From: Azolla caroliniana
Lineage: Eukaryota; Plantae; Polypodiophyta
Reading direction: 5' to 3'
DNA length: 10,763 nt
NCBI GenBank assembly: GCA_043228905.1
Contig: JBHGNT010001233.1
Span: forward strand, 1-10,763
Made by a program: the position numbers and the translations under genes
Part shown: positions 8,679 to 10,763 of the stretch, one piece after another
Layout of the letters: each line of letters opens with the position of its first letter
How positions within the stretch are numbered: position 1 is the first letter of the stretch
The notes under the pieces: generated by a model
Databases searched by the model: none
Seen by the model: only the letters and a program-made list of their open reading frames with translations
What the model was told of the DNA's origin: nothing

Positions 8679-9645
8679 ACGTACTTCTCTTGTGACAATC
8701 ACAATAGCTTCTTTGTCCGGTTCCGGACTATGTGCATCCCCAATATCTGTCTCACCGGACCCAGATCTTTCATTGAGAAGGTTCAGTTCAAGGCCTTCTT
8801 CAAATTTCCGATTTTGGTTCGGTCTGGTCCGACGATCAACATGTCATACACGTATAGCTAGAGTATCAGGACATCTCCTCCATCAAACTTCTTCACGAAT
8901 ACGCAGTGGTCGGCCTACGTCTTATGGTATCCTTGGTCAGTCGTGAAGGAGTCGAACTTCCGGTACCATTGCCAAGGAGAAGGTTCGGTTCAAGGCCTTC
9001 TTCAAATTTCCGATTTTGGTTCGGTCCGGTCTGACGATCAACATGTCATACACGTATAGCTAGAGTATCAAGACGTCTCCTCCATCAAACTTCTTCACGA
9101 ATATGCAGTGGTCGGCCTACGTCTTATGGTATCCTTGGTCAGTTGTGAAGGAGTCGAACTTCCGGTACCATTGCCAGGGAGCTTGCTTCAGTCCGTATAA
9201 GCTCTTCTTCAACTGGCATACCAGGTGCTCCTTCCCTTTCTTGACAAATCCCTTCGGCTATTGCATGTAGATCTCTTCTTCAAGATCACCGTGCAGGAAC
9301 ATCGTCTTGACGTCTAGCTGCTTGACATCGAGGTCCATGCTTGCGGCAATGCTCAACACAGTTCGGATGGACGTCATCTTGACTACCGAGGCAAAGATCT
9401 CGTCAAAATTCTTATGTTGAAACCCCTTCACCACGATCCGGGCTTTGTACCTTGGTGGATTTCTAGCGTCTCTCGGTTTCAGCTTGTACACGCACTTGTT
9501 CCGGAGCGCTCTCTTTCCTTTCGACAACACCGTCAATTCATATGTGTGGTTCTCATGCAGGGAATCCATCTTCTCCTGCATGGCACTTAACCACTTGCGG
9601 TTGTGGGTGTCTTTCTTTGCTTCTTCGATGCTTTCCGGCTCCCCC
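8679..9645 (-). pseudogene. Copia RT N-terminal and catalytic region, element C (YVDD mutated to YVYD)
   Basis: RYKARIVVKGFQ...FDEIFASVVKMTSIR...QLDVKTMFLHGDLEEEIYMQ, LKKSLYGLKQAP, LYVYDMLIV, FSMKDLGPVRQILGM. Confidence 0.95.
8775..9178. repeat. Tandem duplication, 2 x 202 bp (8775-8976 and 8977-9178)
   Basis: Aligned by eye: 8 substitutions, no indels, GAG microhomology at the breakpoints. Confidence 0.96.
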
Positions 9646-9944
9646 TCGTCGGTCAGTCACACATGCTATGCATCCAGAAATCTCCGGGGAGCTCTTCTCT
9701 CCCTGAGAGGATATGTTCTTCCTTGGTTTTCGACCACTGGTTCCTTCGTTTTCTCTTCATCCGAATCTGAATCAAGGTCTTGTCCGGTTCTGGTGTCCAA
9801 ATCTTCTTCTTTGGTCGGTTTGGTTTCTGGTCCGACTCCGACCGGTTCTTCGAGTGTCATCTGACTTCTGTCCGGATGGGTCCTTGCATCTTCTGACCGA
9901 TCTCTATCGGTCGACCCAGAGTTCACTATCTTCTTCTCCAACTC

Positions 9945-10612
9945 CTAGTCGGCAATGGTCTTGTCTTCCATGAAGACTATGTCATGACTTCGGAAAACCT
10001 TCTTGTAAACCAAGTGTGTGATGACGGCCTCGCTGAGGTATCCGAGTCGTCCGTGCCATAGTGATGACACAAGAATGTCAACTAGGAACAGGCCACTCTC
10101 TCTTAGTGTGACGTATAATGGGTACAATGAATGTACTTTCGGTCCTCGAGCAAGTAGGAGGTTCTCCCTATGGAGTCTCCACCCTCCTAATGAGAAGTCG
10201 GCACAGATGTCGTCTTCGTCCAGTTGTCTAATTGAGATCAAAGGTCTTGAGAGCTTAGGTACGTGTTAGACATTGTGTAGTGCTAATGTAGAGCCACCTG
10301 GAACGTTGAGCTCTACGGTGCCGATTCTGATTATCCCACAATGTTGCGAATTTCCGACTGAGACTGAGTCAGAATATCGGGCCGAGTATTGCCAAAATTG
10401 AGATCGATGAGGGGTCACATGATATGAAGCATCCGAGTCGAAGAGCCAAGTGCTTGACTCTTCAGTCGTAAGTAGAACGTCTGATTTGACTGATTTTTCG
10501 ATGAAACAAGATGTTTGGGTCGTTCGACAATATTTCGGCCGAAGAGCTGATGTAATTGACCTCCTCATGTTGGCCACTCTTCTGATTAGCTCGCTGAGCC
10601 TTATCGTTTTTA
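9945..10612 (-). pseudogene. Copia protease and pre-integrase fused directly to the integrase C-terminus, element C
   Basis: STWLFDSDASYHVTPHRSQF...VSVGNSQHCGIIRIGTV, then LWHGRLGYLSEAVITHL joined to VYKKVFRSHDIVFME at 10011/10010. Confidence 0.9.
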
Positions 10613-10615
10613 GTA

Positions 10616-10763
10616 GGATACATCCCTAAACTCTCCTTCTCTGATCATCAGTTCCACGAGCATTGCCAGTACGACAAACAGATAGTCGTAGCACACCCGA
10701 CATCAGCACCAAGAGAATTGGGTTCACTCTATTTGGTTCAGTCGGACATCTATGGCGATATGC
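10616..10763 (+). pseudogene. Copia integrase segment (CC half of the zinc finger to the first catalytic Asp), opposite orientation to element C
   Basis: Manual translation from 10616: GYIPKLSFSDHQFHEHCQYDKQIVVAHPTSAPRELGSLYLVQSDIYGDM. This parallels GYIPKL...FCEHCRYGKQ...LELVHTDICGP in element A. Not in the ORF track. Confidence 0.88.

Larger units (their letters stand above)
6764..10615 (-). mobile_element. Ty1/copia LTR retrotransposon C, rearranged and degenerate
   Basis: Minus-strand order is post-knuckle linker, protease, pre-integrase, (core missing), integrase C-terminus, RT, RNase H, putative 3' LTR. Confidence 0.93.

Noticed and set aside
1-10763. An intact host gene or functional novel multi-gene system
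   Set aside because: Every coding segment matches a retroelement domain and is broken by stops, frameshifts or truncation. No RNA gene or exon structure was evident.

Overview
A land-plant transposon graveyard with no intact host gene. From left to right: (1) degenerate Ty1/copia element A on the minus strand (1-3278; 5' LTR, PBS, gag, protease, integrase, start of RT), inserted into (2) a plant L1-type LINE ORF1 (DUF4283-like, minus). That ORF1 sits head-to-head, across a (TG)10 microsatellite, with (3) a second, different LINE-ORF1-like coiled-coil pseudogene (plus). Next come (4) a Ty3/gypsy RT-connection/RNase H fragment (minus), interrupted by (5) copia element B (plus; LTR 5108-5798, PBS, gag, protease), which is interrupted by (6) copia element C (minus, ~6764-10615). 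Element C carries a palindrome-rich 699-bp solo-LTR-like insert with a 4-bp TSD and a 202-bp tandem duplication over the dead RT active site. Its integrase core is missing in place, but a matching segment appears inverted at the right edge. I found no convincing new functional system. The best leads are the divergent pair of LINE ORF1s, the 4-bp-TSD insert and the inverted integrase segment. All family assignments are by eye from motifs; no searches were run.
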